Positions 26,825 to 41,706 of a DNA stretch of 64,000 nucleotides are shown here, piece after piece. The first letter of the stretch is position 1; the number at the start of each line of letters is the position of its first letter. The DNA lies in the NCBI RefSeq assembly GCF_003334765.1, contig NZ_QOWT01000012.1. One strand, 5' to 3'. This stretch comes from Escherichia coli (GTDB taxonomy: Bacteria; Pseudomonadota; Gammaproteobacteria; Enterobacterales; Enterobacteriaceae). The translations under genes and the position numbers were made by a program. Under the pieces are notes generated by a model that worked only from the letters and a program-made list of their open reading frames with translations, ran no database searches and was not told where the DNA came from.

Positions 26825-27793
26825 TTAGACCTGGTCTTTTTTGTCGTCAACCAATGGGCTGGCGTCGTGTTCTGCTTCGATCTCTTCAGCAGGAAGCGGG
26901 GCAGGTTCAGCGTCTGGCGTAACAAAGGTTTCGGTAGATACTGCCAGCGGCTGGCCAATTTTCGTGACAGACAGGCTTTCCAGTTGCTCAACCAGATTCA
27001 CTTTACCCGGTGCAAACAGGTTGATAACGGTGGAACCGAGTTTAAAGCGACCCATTTCCTGGCCTTTCAGCAGTGCCACAGAACCGTCGTTTTCCCCGGC
27101 AGGCCAGGTCCAGCGCTTGATGATACCTTCGCGCGGCGGCGTAATGGTGCCCGCCCAGACCGTCTCAATGCTGCCAACAATCGTCGCTCCGACCAGAATC
27201 TGCGCCATTGGGCCAAATTCGGTATCGAAAAGGCAAATCACGCGTTCGTTACGGGCAAACAGATTCGGCACGTTCTGAGCCGTGAGATGGTTAACGGAGA
27301 AGAGATCGCCCGGCACGTAGATCATCTCACGCAGAATACCGTTGCACGGCATGTGTACGCGGTGGTAGTCACGCGGGGAGAGGTAAGTGGTCACAAACGT
27401 ACCGTTGCGGAACAGGTCCGCCATCAGATAGTTGCCTGCCAGCAGGGCTTCGAGGCTGTAGTTGTGGCCTTTGGCTTGCAGGATTTTATCTTCTTCGATT
27501 TTACCCAACTGGCTGATAACGCCATCGGCAGGCATGACCAGTACATTCGGATCGGTATCGATTGGGCGTACTTCGTCACGCAGCGGACGGACAAAGAATT
27601 CGTTAAAGGTGCGGTAGCTGGCGGTGTCCGGCTTTTGCGCCTCTTTCATGTCGACCTTGTAGTATTTAACGAACAGATCGATAACCAGTTTTGTCAGCCA
27701 TCCTGCCCGCTTGCTTGCGCCCCAACCCGCCAGGCGAGTAAGCCATAGTTTCGGCAGAATGTACTGTAGCGAAAGTTTAAATGAATTTAACAA
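26825..27793 (-). CDS. psd: phosphatidylserine decarboxylase proenzyme
   Basis: 322 aa with LGST self-cleavage motif ([11 protein letters not shown]). Confidence 0.92.
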
Positions 27794-27889
27794 GGTAGCC
27801 TCCAGGCCATTGTTTTGTCGTTCCTGATCCGGCCTACATGCCGGATCCTGAAAAAAAGGGGACGATTCTAACGACGGTTAGCTTAATTG

Positions 27890-28942
27890 TCAGTCATCCG
27901 TATCAGAAAAGTTTTTACGCGTTTTTACCTGCGCCATGCTTTCCAGAATACGGTGATAGTTTTCGAAACGGGTTTCCGCGATTTTCCCTTCCTCAACCGC
28001 TTCCCGGATAGCGCAGCCCGGATCGGTATCGTGTTTGCAATCGCGATATTTACACAGACCTAAATAGTCATGGAATTCGACAAAGCCCTGAGTGATTTGT
28101 TCCGGCTCCAGGTGCCAGAGGCCGAACTCACGCACTCCTGGGGAGTCAATCACATCACCGCCGTGCGGGAAGTGATACAGCCGAGCGGCGGTCGTGGTGT
28201 GCTGACCGAGCCCCGAGTTGTCAGAGATATCGTTGGTCAGGATCTCTTTTTGCAGCCCCAGCAACGCATTCAGCAGGCTGGATTTGCCGACGCCAGACTG
28301 CCCGGCAAAAATGCTGATGCGCCCGGTCAACGCCTCTTCCAGCGGTTTTAGCCCATCCTGAGTATGGCTGGAAACCATCAATACGCGATAACCGATATTG
28401 CGGTAGATATCCATCTGCTCGTTGACGAACGCCATGCCTTCGTCGTCCAGCAGGTCTATCTTGTTGAGCACAATAATCGGCTCAATCTGCAAGGTTTCGC
28501 AGGCCACCAGGTAACGGTCGATAATATTGAGCGACAGCTCCGGCAAAATGGCGGAGACAATGACAATCTGGTCGATGTTGGCGGCAATAGGTTTTACGCC
28601 GTCGTAGAAATCCGGACGCGTCAACACCGAGGTACGCTCATGCACCGCTTCCACGATCCCTTTGACATTTACGCCTTCCGCCGCCGGTTTACCCGGACGC
28701 CAGACTACGCGGTCGCCGGTTACCAGCGAACGGATGGTACGGCGAATATTGCAGCGGTGAACGTCGCCATCGGCGGATTCCACATCAGCGTGCATACCAA
28801 AGCGGCTGATGACGATACCTTCATCAGGCTCGCCAAACAGATTGTCGTCGTAGTCGGGCTTCTCCTTAGACGTTTTAAGACGACGCTGGTGATTGGCGTT
28901 CACGCGGCGCTGCTGGCCTTTGGAGAGTTTATTTTTACTCAA
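27890..28942 (-). CDS. rsgA: ribosome small-subunit biogenesis GTPase RsgA
   Basis: ORF 27890..28975; start trimmed to TTG (…[13 protein letters not shown]); G-motifs ([14 protein letters not shown]) and C-terminal zinc-finger Cys cluster. Confidence 0.85.
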
Positions 28943-29036
28943 TCGTACAGACTCCTGGTCGCCCCTGATGGGCAAAACATCTATGATACACGCAATTGTG
29001 GATCAATATAGTCACTGTGAATGGGTGGAAAATAGC

Positions 29037-29582
29037 ATGAGTGCCAATGAAAACAACCTGATTTGGATCGATCTTGAGATGACCGGTCTGGATCCCGAGC
29101 GCGATCGCATTATTGAGATTGCCACGCTGGTGACCGATGCCAACCTGAATATTCTGGCAGAAGGGCCGACCATTGCAGTACACCAGTCTGATGAACAGCT
29201 GGCGCTGATGGATGACTGGAACGTGCGCACCCATACCGCCAGCGGGCTGGTAGAGCGCGTGAAAGCGAGCACGATGGGCGATCGGGAAGCTGAACTGGCA
29301 ACGCTCGAATTTTTAAAACAGTGGGTGCCTGCGGGAAAATCGCCGATTTGCGGTAACAGCATCGGTCAGGACCGTCGTTTCCTGTTTAAATACATGCCGG
29401 AGCTGGAAGCCTACTTCCACTACCGTTATCTCGATGTCAGCACCCTGAAAGAGCTGGCGCGCCGCTGGAAGCCGGAAATTCTGGATGGTTTTACCAAGCA
29501 GGGGACGCATCAGGCGATGGATGATATCCGTGAATCGGTGGCGGAGCTGGCTTACTACCGCGAGCATTTTATCAAGCTGTAA
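29037..29582 (+). CDS. orn: oligoribonuclease
   Basis: ORF 28893..29582; start trimmed to [27 protein letters not shown] (DEDD exonuclease motif I), ATG confirmed at 29037. Confidence 0.92.
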
Positions 29583-29707
29583 AATTTTTCCTGGTCACGT
29601 AAGCGCCGGAATCCACTTGCGGCGGCGTGATTTTGACGCTAAATTGAACGTCTTGCTGATAATTTCAGCACTTGAGATAAAAACGCAAAAAAAACTTTTT
29701 TGGGGGG

Positions 29708-29735
29708 TTGCAGAGGGAAAGATTTCTCGTATAAT
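29708..29735 (+). promoter_or_regulatory. sigma-70 promoter for tRNA-Gly array
   Basis: TTGCAG (29708..29713), 16-nt spacer, TATAAT (29730..29735), followed by GC-rich discriminator GCGCCTCC typical of stringently controlled stable-RNA promoters. Confidence 0.7.
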
Positions 29736-29792
29736 GCGCCTCCCGTAACGACGCAGAAATGCGAAAATTACGAAAGCAAAATTAAGTAGTAC

Positions 29793-29868
<76 letters not shown>

Positions 29869-29903
29869 AAATTTGAAAGTGCTGTAAGGCACAGACCACC
29901 CAA

Positions 29904-29979
<76 letters not shown>

Positions 29980-29997
29980 AATTCTTCTCTCAATAAA

Positions 29998-30247
29998 ATA
30001 TCCACAGCGACGCGATGCGTTATTGCTGGTTTTTGTTGTCTCTGACAAACTCTTGTAAACAGAGTTATCCACAGCCTCAGGCTGTAATCTTAATTTCAAA
30101 GAAACTTCGCACGGTGAATAGTATTTTTTTAACCTATTGATAGATAAGTTAAAAATTAAGATTCCGTTTTGTCGAGTCGATCACTTGACGATTTTATTCG
30201 TCTTGAATTGCAATGCGTTTTTATTTTTATTCACAAGCTGTGGATGA
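29998..30247. promoter_or_regulatory. datA: datA-like DnaA-box cluster (DnaA titration / DnaA-ATP hydrolysis locus)
   Basis: DnaA boxes: ATATCCACA (29998..30006), TTATCCACA perfect (30065..30073), TTATTCACA (30227..30235), TCATCCACA on minus (30239..30247); IHF consensus WATCAANNNNTTR on minus at 30130..30142. Position beside the tRNA-Gly array matches recalled datA location. Confidence 0.7.
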
Positions 30248-30248
30248 A

Positions 30249-31386
30249 TCAGGCGTCACGCGGTAACCCTTTTTCAATCACCCGAACCAGACGCTGTTTT
30301 TTCGGCAATTGCACTTCGACTATGCACGCATTTCGTCTCTCTATTTGCTGCGCAATCGCCCACGCTATGTGCTCATCGAGAAGTGGGTGCTCACCTTTAC
30401 GACTTTCCAGCGCTGTCAAAATCGTTTCATCCCAAGGGGCATTGCCTAATGCTACGGCGATATTACGCAGCCAACGCAGGTGACCAATACGACGAATCGC
30501 CGATCCTTCCGTGACTTTTAAAAACTTCTCTTCGCTCCAGGCGAATAACTCAATGAGTTCCGGTGCGTGTAGCGGCTTACGCGGGCTGAAATCCTCTTCT
30601 GTGGTGAGTTGTGAATAGCGATTCCACGGGCAGATAAGCTGGCAGTCATCGCAACCGTAAATACGGTTTCCCATTAACGGTCGCAACTCTTCCGGGATCG
30701 CCCCTTCAAGTTCGATGGTGAGATAAGAGATACAGCGGCGAGCATCGACGGTATATGGCTCGACGATGGCACCGGTCGGGCAAATCGTCATACAGGCCAC
30801 GCATTTGCCGCATCCTTCCTCGACTGGTTGATCCACGGGCAGCGGAATATCGACCAGCAATTCGCCTAAAAAGAAGAACGAACCGGCCTCGCGATTGAGG
30901 ATAAGTGAGTGCTTACCTGTCCAGCCGAGCCCAGCTTTTTCAGCTAACGGGCGCTCGAGAATAGGCGCAGAATCGACAAACGGTCTAAAATTCAGCGAAA
31001 CACAATGTTGCTGAATCATCTCGCCCAGCTTTTTGAGTCGGTTGCGCAGAAGTTTGTGATAGTCACGGCCCAGCGCATAACGGCTAACATAGCCGAGTTT
31101 GGGGTTTTTCAGCGTGCTGGCAAATGCGGCGTTAGCAGGAAGGTAATTCATCCGCACGCTGATCACGCGCAGCGTACCGGGCAATAACTCATGAGGGCGA
31201 GCGCGCAGCATACCGTGACGTGCCATCCAGTCCATTTCGCCGTGGTATTGTTTGTCCAGCCATGCTTGCAGTTTGGGCTCGGACTCGCTGAGATCGGTAT
31301 CGGTAATACCTACCTGCTGAAAGCCCAGTTCCAGCCCCCACTGTTTAATTTTTTGCGCTAACTGATTGAGATCGAGGGGCTCTGAC

Positions 31387-31388
<2 letters not shown>
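30249..31388 (-). CDS. queG: epoxyqueuosine reductase QueG
   Basis: ORF 30249..31496; start trimmed to MSEPLDLNQ; ferredoxin-type Cys clusters (CGKCVACMTICP, CDDCQLICPWN). Confidence 0.88.
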
Positions 31389-33367
<1,979 letters not shown>

Positions 33368-33385
33368 CCTTTGAAAGGTGGCGGG

Positions 33386-34723
33386 ATGATGTATCGCATC
33401 AGAAATTGGTTGGTAGCGACGCTGCTGCTGCTGTGCACGCCGGTGGGTGCCGCGACGCTCTCTGATATTCAGGTTTCTAACGGTAATCAACAGGCGCGGA
33501 TAACGTTGAGTTTTATTGGCGATCCTGATTATGCGTTTAGCCATCAAAGCAAACGCACCGTGGCGCTCGATATCAAACAAACGGGCGTGATTCAGGGACT
33601 GCCGTTGTTGTTCAGCGGCAATAATCTGGTGAAGGCGATTCGCTCTGGAACGCCTAAAGATGCACAAACGCTACGGCTGGTGGTCGATCTTACCGAAAAC
33701 GGTAAAACCGAAGCAGTGAAGCGGCAGAATGGCAGCAATTACACTGTCGTCTTTACGATTAACGCCGATGTGCCGCCACCGCCTCCTCCGCCGCCCGTGG
33801 TTGCGAAACGCGTTGAAACGCCTGCGGTTGTCGCACCGCGCGTCAGCGAACCGGCGCGCAATCCGTTTAAAACGGAAAGTAACCGCACTACGGGTGTTAT
33901 CAGCAGTAATACGGTAACGCGTCCGGCAGCGCGCGCGACGGCTAACACTGGCGATAAAATTATCATCGCTATTGATGCCGGACACGGCGGTCAGGACCCT
34001 GGCGCTATCGGCCCCGGTGGTACGCGGGAGAAAAATGTCACCATCGCCATCGCGCGTAAATTGCGTACTTTGCTCAATGACGATCCGATGTTTAAAGGCG
34101 TTTTAACCCGTGACGGGGATTACTTTATCTCGGTGATGGGGCGCAGTGATGTGGCACGTAAGCAAAACGCCAATTTCCTCGTGTCGATTCACGCTGATGC
34201 CGCACCGAACCGCAGTGCGACTGGCGCTTCCGTATGGGTGCTCTCTAACCGTCGCGCCAACAGTGAAATGGCCAGCTGGCTGGAGCAGCACGAGAAACAG
34301 TCGGAGCTGCTGGGTGGGGCGGGTGATGTGCTGGCGAACAGTCAGTCTGACCCCTATTTAAGCCAGGCGGTGCTGGATTTACAGTTCGGTCATTCCCAGC
34401 GGGTAGGGTATGATGTAGCGACCAGTATGATCAGTCAGTTGCAACGCATTGGCGAAATACATAAACGTCGACCAGAACACGCCAGCCTTGGCGTTCTGCG
34501 CTCGCCGGATATCCCATCAGTACTGGTCGAAACCGGTTTTATCAGCAACAACAGCGAAGAACGTTTGCTGGCGAGCGACGATTACCAACAACAGCTGGCA
34601 GAAGCCATTTACAAAGGCCTGCGCAATTACTTCCTTGCGCATCCGATGCAATCTGCGCCGCAGGGTGCAACGGCACAAACTGCCAGTACGGTGACGACGC
34701 CAGATCGCACGCTGCCAAACTAA
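33386..34723 (+). CDS. amiB: N-acetylmuramoyl-L-alanine amidase AmiB
   Basis: ORF 33371..34723; start trimmed to [22 protein letters not shown]; poly-Pro linker; Amidase_3 domain ([13 protein letters not shown]). Confidence 0.9.
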
Positions 34724-34732
34724 GGACGATTG

Positions 34733-36580
34733 ATGCCAATTCAGGTCTTACCGCCACAACTGGCGAACCAGATTGCCGCAGGTGAGGTGGTCGAGCGACC
34801 TGCGTCGGTAGTCAAAGAACTAGTGGAAAACAGCCTCGATGCAGGTGCGACGCGTATCGATATTGATATCGAACGCGGTGGGGCGAAACTTATCCGCATT
34901 CGTGATAACGGCTGCGGTATCAAAAAAGATGAGCTGGCGCTGGCGCTGGCTCGTCATGCCACCAGTAAAATCGCCTCTCTGGACGATCTCGAAGCCATTA
35001 TCAGCCTGGGCTTTCGCGGTGAGGCGCTGGCGAGTATCAGTTCGGTTTCCCGCCTGACGCTCACTTCACGCACCGCAGAACAGCAGGAAGCCTGGCAGGC
35101 CTATGCCGAAGGGCGCGATATGAACGTGACGGTAAAACCGGCGGCGCATCCTGTGGGGACGACGCTGGAGGTGCTGGATCTGTTCTACAACACCCCGGCG
35201 CGGCGCAAATTCCTGCGCACCGAGAAAACCGAATTTAACCACATTGATGAGATCATCCGCCGCATTGCGCTGGCGCGTTTCGACGTCACGATCAACCTGT
35301 CGCATAACGGTAAAATTGTGCGTCAGTACCGCGCAGTGCCGGAAGGCGGGCAAAAAGAACGGCGCTTAGGCGCGATTTGCGGCACCGCTTTTCTTGAACA
35401 AGCGCTGGCGATTGAATGGCAACACGGCGATCTCACGCTACGCGGCTGGGTGGCCGATCCAAATCACACCACGCCCGCACTGGCAGAAATTCAGTATTGC
35501 TACGTGAACGGTCGCATGATGCGCGATCGCCTGATCAATCACGCGATCCGCCAGGCCTGCGAAGACAAACTGGGGGCCGATCAGCAACCGGCATTTGTGT
35601 TGTATCTGGAGATCGACCCACATCAGGTGGACGTCAACGTGCACCCCGCCAAACACGAAGTGCGTTTCCATCAGTCGCGTCTGGTGCATGATTTTATCTA
35701 TCAGGGCGTGCTGAGCGTGCTACAACAGCAACTGGAAACGCCGCTACCGCTGGACGATGAACCCCAACCTGCACCGCGTTCCATTCCGGAAAACCGCGTG
35801 GCGGCGGGGCGCAATCACTTTGCAGAACCGGCAGCTCGTGAGCCGGTAGCTCCGCGCTACACTCCTGCGCCAGCATCAGGCAGTCGTCCGGCTGCCCCCT
35901 GGCCGAATGCGCAGCCAGGCTACCAGAAACAGCAAGGTGAAGTGTATCGCCAGCTTTTGCAAACGCCCGCGCCGATGCAAAAATTAAAAGCGCCGGAACC
36001 GCAGGAACCTGCACTTGCGGCGAACAGTCAGAGTTTTGGTCGGGTACTGACTATCGTCCATTCCGACTGTGCGTTGCTGGAGCGCGACGGCAACATTTCA
36101 CTTTTATCCTTGCCAGTGGCAGAACGTTGGCTGCGTCAGGCACAATTGACGCCGGGTGAAGCGCCCGTTTGCGCCCAGCCGCTGCTGATTCCGTTGCGGC
36201 TAAAAGTTTCTGCCGAAGAAAAATCGGCATTAGAAAAAGCGCAGTCTGCCCTAGCGGAATTGGGTATTGATTTCCAGTCAGATGCACAGCATGTGACCAT
36301 CAGGGCAGTGCCTTTACCCTTACGCCAACAAAATTTACAAATCTTGATTCCTGAACTGATAGGCTACCTGGCGAAGCAGTCCGTATTCGAACCTGGCAAT
36401 ATTGCGCAGTGGATTGCACGAAATCTGATGAGCGAACATGCGCAGTGGTCAATGGCACAGGCCATAACCCTGCTGGCGGACGTGGAACGGTTATGTCCGC
36501 AACTTGTGAAAACGCCGCCGGGTGGTCTGTTACAATCTGTTGATTTACATCCGGCGATAAAAGCCCTGAAAGATGAGTGA
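34733..36580 (+). CDS. mutL: DNA mismatch repair protein MutL
   Basis: Begins [38 protein letters not shown] (GHKL ATPase). Confidence 0.95.
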
Positions 36581-37523
36581 TATCAGTAAGGCGAGCCTGC
36601 CTAAGGCGATTTTTTTGATGGGGCCGACGGCCTCCGGTAAAACGGCGTTAGCCATTGAGCTGCGTAAAATTTTACCAGTAGAGTTGATAAGCGTTGATTC
36701 TGCCCTTATTTACAAAGGGATGGATATCGGGACGGCGAAGCCGAACGCTGAAGAGTTACTCGCCGCGCCGCACCGATTGCTGGATATTCGCGATCCGTCG
36801 CAGGCTTACTCGGCTGCTGATTTTCGCCGCGATGCGCTGGCGGAAATGGCCGATATCACCGCGGCGGGGCGGATCCCACTGTTAGTGGGCGGTACGATGT
36901 TGTATTTCAAGGCATTGCTGGAAGGGTTGTCGCCGCTACCGTCGGCAGACCCGGAAGTACGGGCCAGAATTGAGCAACAGGCGGCAGAGCAAGGTTGGGA
37001 GTCATTGCATCGTCAACTTCAGGAGGTAGATCCGGTTGCGGCAGCAAGGATTCATCCAAATGATCCACAAAGGCTTTCCCGGGCACTGGAAGTTTTTTTC
37101 ATTTCGGGTAAAACTTTAACGGAACTGACGCAAACGTCAGGAGACGCTCTACCGTATCAGGTGCATCAGTTCGCCATCGCCCCGGCGAGCCGTGAACTGC
37201 TCCATCAACGCATTGAGCAGCGTTTTCATCAGATGTTGGCTTCAGGTTTTGAAGCAGAAGTCCGGGCGCTTTTTGCCCGAGGAGATTTGCATACGGACTT
37301 GCCTTCCATTCGTTGCGTGGGTTATCGCCAGATGTGGTCTTACCTTGAAGGCGAAATCTCATACGATGAAATGGTTTATCGAGGTGTTTGCGCCACGAGA
37401 CAGTTGGCGAAGCGGCAGATAACCTGGCTGCGTGGTTGGGAAGGGGTTCACTGGCTTGACAGTGAAAAACCAGAACAGGCGCGTGACGAAGTATTACAGG
37501 TTGTTGGTGCTATCGCAGGCTGA
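36573..37523 (+). CDS. miaA: tRNA dimethylallyltransferase MiaA
   Basis: 316 aa with P-loop GPTASGKT; 8-nt overlap with mutL. Confidence 0.93.
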
Positions 37524-37596
37524 ATGTGTACAATTGAGACGTATCGTGCGCAATTTTTTCAGAATCGAAAGGTTCAAAGTACAAATAAGCATATAA

Positions 37597-37917
<321 letters not shown>

Positions 37918-37992
37918 GGTTTCGGGCTGTTTTTTTACACGGGGAGCCAGCGATCCTGCGTTCCCCGCTGATCTATTTAGAGGGTTATACGC

Positions 37993-39273
37993 TTGTTTGA
38001 CCGTTATGATGCTGGTGAGCAGGCGGTACTGGTACACATCTATTTTACGCAAGACAAAGATATGGAAGACCTCCAGGAGTTTGAATCTCTGGTCTCTTCC
38101 GCCGGTGTCGAAGCATTGCAGGTGATTACCGGTAGCCGTAAAGCGCCGCACCCAAAGTATTTTGTAGGTGAAGGTAAAGCAGTTGAAATTGCGGAAGCTG
38201 TCAAAGCGACGGGTGCTTCGGTCGTTCTTTTTGACCATGCCCTGAGCCCGGCGCAAGAGCGTAACCTGGAGCGTTTGTGCGAGTGTCGTGTTATCGACCG
38301 CACCGGCCTTATTTTAGATATTTTCGCCCAACGTGCGCGTACCCATGAGGGTAAGTTGCAGGTTGAGCTGGCGCAGCTGCGCCATCTGGCTACGCGCCTG
38401 GTGCGTGGCTGGACCCACCTTGAAAGACAGAAAGGCGGGATAGGTTTGCGTGGTCCGGGTGAAACCCAGCTCGAAACCGACCGTCGTTTGTTGCGTAATC
38501 GCATCGTGCAGATACAGTCGCGCCTGGAAAGAGTTGAAAAGCAGCGTGAGCAGGGGCGGCAATCGCGTATCAAAGCCGACGTTCCTACTGTTTCGCTGGT
38601 GGGATATACCAACGCCGGTAAATCTACCCTTTTCAATCGCATCACCGAAGCGCGGGTCTACGCGGCAGACCAGTTGTTTGCCACCCTCGACCCGACGTTG
38701 CGGCGTATTGACGTTGCAGATGTCGGTGAAACCGTACTTGCAGATACCGTAGGGTTTATTCGCCACCTGCCGCACGATCTGGTGGCGGCATTTAAAGCCA
38801 CGTTACAAGAGACGCGGCAAGCCACATTACTGCTGCACGTCATTGATGCGGCGGATGTGCGTGTACAAGAAAACATCGAAGCGGTGAATACGGTTCTTGA
38901 AGAGATCGACGCTCACGAGATCCCAACCCTGCTGGTGATGAACAAGATCGATATGCTGGAAGATTTCGAACCGCGTATTGATCGGGACGAAGAGAACAAA
39001 CCGATCCGTGTCTGGCTTTCCGCACAGACCGGAGCGGGGATACCACAGCTTTTTCAGGCTTTGACGGAGCGGCTTTCCGGCGAGGTGGCGCAGCATACAT
39101 TGCGTCTGCCACCGCAGGAAGGGCGTCTGAGAAGTCGTTTTTATCAGCTTCAGGCAATAGAAAAAGAGTGGATGGAGGAGGACGGCAGCGTAAGTCTGCA
39201 AGTTCGTATGCCGATCGTTGACTGGCGTCGTCTCTGTAAACAAGAACCGGCGTTGATCGATTACCTGATCTAA
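37993..39273 (+). CDS. hflX: GTPase HflX
   Basis: 426 aa, TTG start; G-domain motifs ([21 protein letters not shown]). Confidence 0.92.
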   Translation: MFDRYDAGEQAVLVHIYFTQDKDMEDLQEFESLVSSAGVEALQVITGSRKAPHPKYFVGEGKAVEIAEAVKATGASVVLFDHALSPAQERNLERLCECRVIDRTGLILDIFAQRARTHEGKLQVELAQLRHLATRLVRGWTHLERQKGGIGLRGPGETQLETDRRLLRNRIVQIQSRLERVEKQREQGRQSRIKADVPTVSLVGYTNAGKSTLFNRITEARVYAADQLFATLDPTLRRIDVADVGETVLADTVGFIRHLPHDLVAAFKATLQETRQATLLLHVIDAADVRVQENIEAVNTVLEEIDAHEIPTLLVMNKIDMLEDFEPRIDRDEENKPIRVWLSAQTGAGIPQLFQALTERLSGEVAQHTLRLPPQEGRLRSRFYQLQAIEKEWMEEDGSVSLQVRMPIVDWRRLCKQEPALIDYLI

Positions 39274-39358
39274 CGGCGTAGCGTCTGAAGCGTGGAGTCA
39301 TATCCTCTGGCGTCGAAAGACAACAGGGATCACCGCATAACAAATATGGAGCACAAAC

Positions 39359-40618
39359 ATGGCGTGGAATCAGCCCGGTAATAACGGACAAGACCGCGAC
39401 CCGTGGGGAAGCAGCAAACCTGGCGGCAACTCTGAGGGAAATGGAAACAAAGGCGGTCGCGATCAAGGGCCACCTGATTTAGATGATATCTTCCGCAAAC
39501 TGAGCAAAAAGCTCGGTGGTCTGGGCGGCGGTAAAGGCACCGGATCTGGCGGTGGCAGTTCATCGCAAGGCCCGCGCCCGCAGCTTGGCGGTCGTGTCGT
39601 TACCATCGCAGCGGCAGCGATTGTCATTATCTGGGCGGCCAGTGGTTTCTATACCATTAAAGAAGCCGAACGCGGCGTGGTAACACGCTTTGGTAAATTC
39701 AGCCATCTGGTTGAGCCGGGTCTGAACTGGAAACCGACGTTTATCGACGAAGTCAAACCGGTGAACGTGGAAGCCGTGCGTGAACTGGCCGCTTCTGGTG
39801 TGATGCTGACGTCGGACGAGAACGTAGTGCGCGTTGAGATGAACGTGCAGTACCGCGTCACCAATCCGGAAAAATATCTGTATAGCGTGACCAGCCCGGA
39901 TGACAGCCTGCGTCAGGCTACCGACAGCGCCCTGCGTGGAGTTATCGGTAAATACACCATGGACCGCATTCTGACGGAAGGTCGTACCGTGATTCGTAGC
40001 GATACTCAGCGCGAACTGGAAGAGACGATTCGTCCGTATGACATGGGTATCACGCTGCTGGACGTCAACTTCCAGGCTGCTCGTCCGCCGGAAGAAGTAA
40101 AAGCGGCGTTTGACGATGCGATTGCCGCGCGTGAAAACGAACAGCAATACATTCGTGAAGCAGAAGCGTATACCAACGAAGTTCAGCCGCGTGCGAACGG
40201 TCAGGCGCAACGTATCCTCGAAGAGGCGCGTGCGTACAAGGCCCAGACCATCCTGGAAGCTCAGGGTGAAGTGGCGCGCTTTGCTAAACTTCTGCCGGAA
40301 TATAAAGCCGCGCCGGAAATTACTCGCGAGCGTCTGTATATCGAGACGATGGAAAAAGTGTTGGGTAACACCCGCAAAGTGCTGGTTAACGATAAAGGTG
40401 GCAACCTGATGGTTCTGCCGTTAGACCAGATGCTGAAAGGTGGTAACGCCCCTGCGGCGAAGAGCGATAACGGTGCCAGCAATCTGCTGCGTCTGCCGCC
40501 AGCCTCTTCCTCCACAACCAGTGGAGCAAGCAACACGTCGTCCACCAGTCAGGGCGATATTATGGACCAACGCCGCGCCAACGCGCAGCGTAACGACTAC
40601 CAGCGTCAGGGGGAATAA
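39359..40618 (+). CDS. hflK: FtsH modulator HflK (SPFH/band-7)
   Basis: 419 aa, Gly-rich N-terminus, single TM, SPFH domain. Confidence 0.93.
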   Translation: MAWNQPGNNGQDRDPWGSSKPGGNSEGNGNKGGRDQGPPDLDDIFRKLSKKLGGLGGGKGTGSGGGSSSQGPRPQLGGRVVTIAAAAIVIIWAASGFYTIKEAERGVVTRFGKFSHLVEPGLNWKPTFIDEVKPVNVEAVRELAASGVMLTSDENVVRVEMNVQYRVTNPEKYLYSVTSPDDSLRQATDSALRGVIGKYTMDRILTEGRTVIRSDTQRELEETIRPYDMGITLLDVNFQAARPPEEVKAAFDDAIAARENEQQYIREAEAYTNEVQPRANGQAQRILEEARAYKAQTILEAQGEVARFAKLLPEYKAAPEITRERLYIETMEKVLGNTRKVLVNDKGGNLMVLPLDQMLKGGNAPAAKSDNGASNLLRLPPASSSTTSGASNTSSTSQGDIMDQRRANAQRNDYQRQGE

Positions 40619-40620
40619 CG

Positions 40621-41625
40621 ATGCGTAAGTCAGTTATCGCGATTATCATCATCGTGCTGGTAGTGCTTTACATGTCTGTCTTTGTCGTCAAAGAAGGTGA
40701 GCGCGGTATTACGCTGCGTTTTGGTAAGGTACTGCGTGACGATGACAACAAACCTCTGGTTTATGAGCCGGGTCTGCATTTCAAGATACCGTTCATTGAA
40801 ACGGTGAAAATGCTCGACGCACGTATTCAGACCATGGACAACCAGGCCGACCGCTTTGTGACCAAAGAGAAGAAAGACCTGATCGTCGACTCTTACATCA
40901 AATGGCGCATCAGCGATTTCAGCCGTTACTACCTGGCAACGGGTGGTGGCGACATTTCGCAAGCGGAAGTGCTGTTGAAACGTAAGTTCTCTGACCGTCT
41001 GCGTTCTGAAATTGGTCGCCTGGACGTGAAAGATATCGTCACCGATTCCCGTGGTCGTCTGACCCTCGAAGTACGTGACGCGCTGAACTCCGGTTCTGCG
41101 GGTACAGAAGATGAAGTTACTACCCCGGCGGCAGATAACGCCATTGCCGAAGCGGCAGAGCGCGTAACGGCTGAGACGAAGGGCAAAGTTCCGGTCATCA
41201 ACCCGAACAGTATGGCGGCGCTGGGTATTGAAGTTGTCGATGTGCGTATCAAGCAGATCAACCTGCCGACCGAAGTGTCTGAAGCGATCTACAACCGTAT
41301 GCGCGCCGAGCGTGAAGCGGTAGCGCGTCGTCACCGTTCACAAGGTCAGGAAGAAGCGGAAAAACTGCGCGCGACTGCCGACTATGAAGTGACCAGAACG
41401 CTGGCAGAAGCTGAGCGTCAGGGCCGCATCATGCGTGGTGAAGGCGATGCCGAAGCAGCCAAACTGTTTGCTGATGCATTCAGTAAAGATCCGGACTTCT
41501 ACGCATTCATCCGTAGCCTGCGTGCTTATGAGAACAGCTTCTCTGGCAATCAGGACGTGATGGTCATGAGCCCGGATAGCGATTTCTTCCGCTACATGAA
41601 GACGCCGACTTCCGCAACGCGTTAA
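40621..41625 (+). CDS. hflC: FtsH modulator HflC (SPFH/band-7)
   Basis: 334 aa, starts 3 nt after hflK stop. Confidence 0.93.
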   Translation: MRKSVIAIIIIVLVVLYMSVFVVKEGERGITLRFGKVLRDDDNKPLVYEPGLHFKIPFIETVKMLDARIQTMDNQADRFVTKEKKDLIVDSYIKWRISDFSRYYLATGGGDISQAEVLLKRKFSDRLRSEIGRLDVKDIVTDSRGRLTLEVRDALNSGSAGTEDEVTTPAADNAIAEAAERVTAETKGKVPVINPNSMAALGIEVVDVRIKQINLPTEVSEAIYNRMRAEREAVARRHRSQGQEEAEKLRATADYEVTRTLAEAERQGRIMRGEGDAEAAKLFADAFSKDPDFYAFIRSLRAYENSFSGNQDVMVMSPDSDFFRYMKTPTSATR

Positions 41626-41706
41626 TATAACGACTGCGGTACAGGTCAATAAAGCCACCGCATCCTCAGGGATGTCGGTGGTTTTCTTTTTCTATAAGGA
41701 TAATGA

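Noticed and set aside
26723-27748. 341-aa ORF on the plus strand
   Set aside because: Antisense to psd and the end of mscM; same shadow-ORF pattern.
28364-29011. 215-aa ORF on the plus strand
   Set aside because: Antisense to rsgA; Val/His/Arg-rich, no domain signature.
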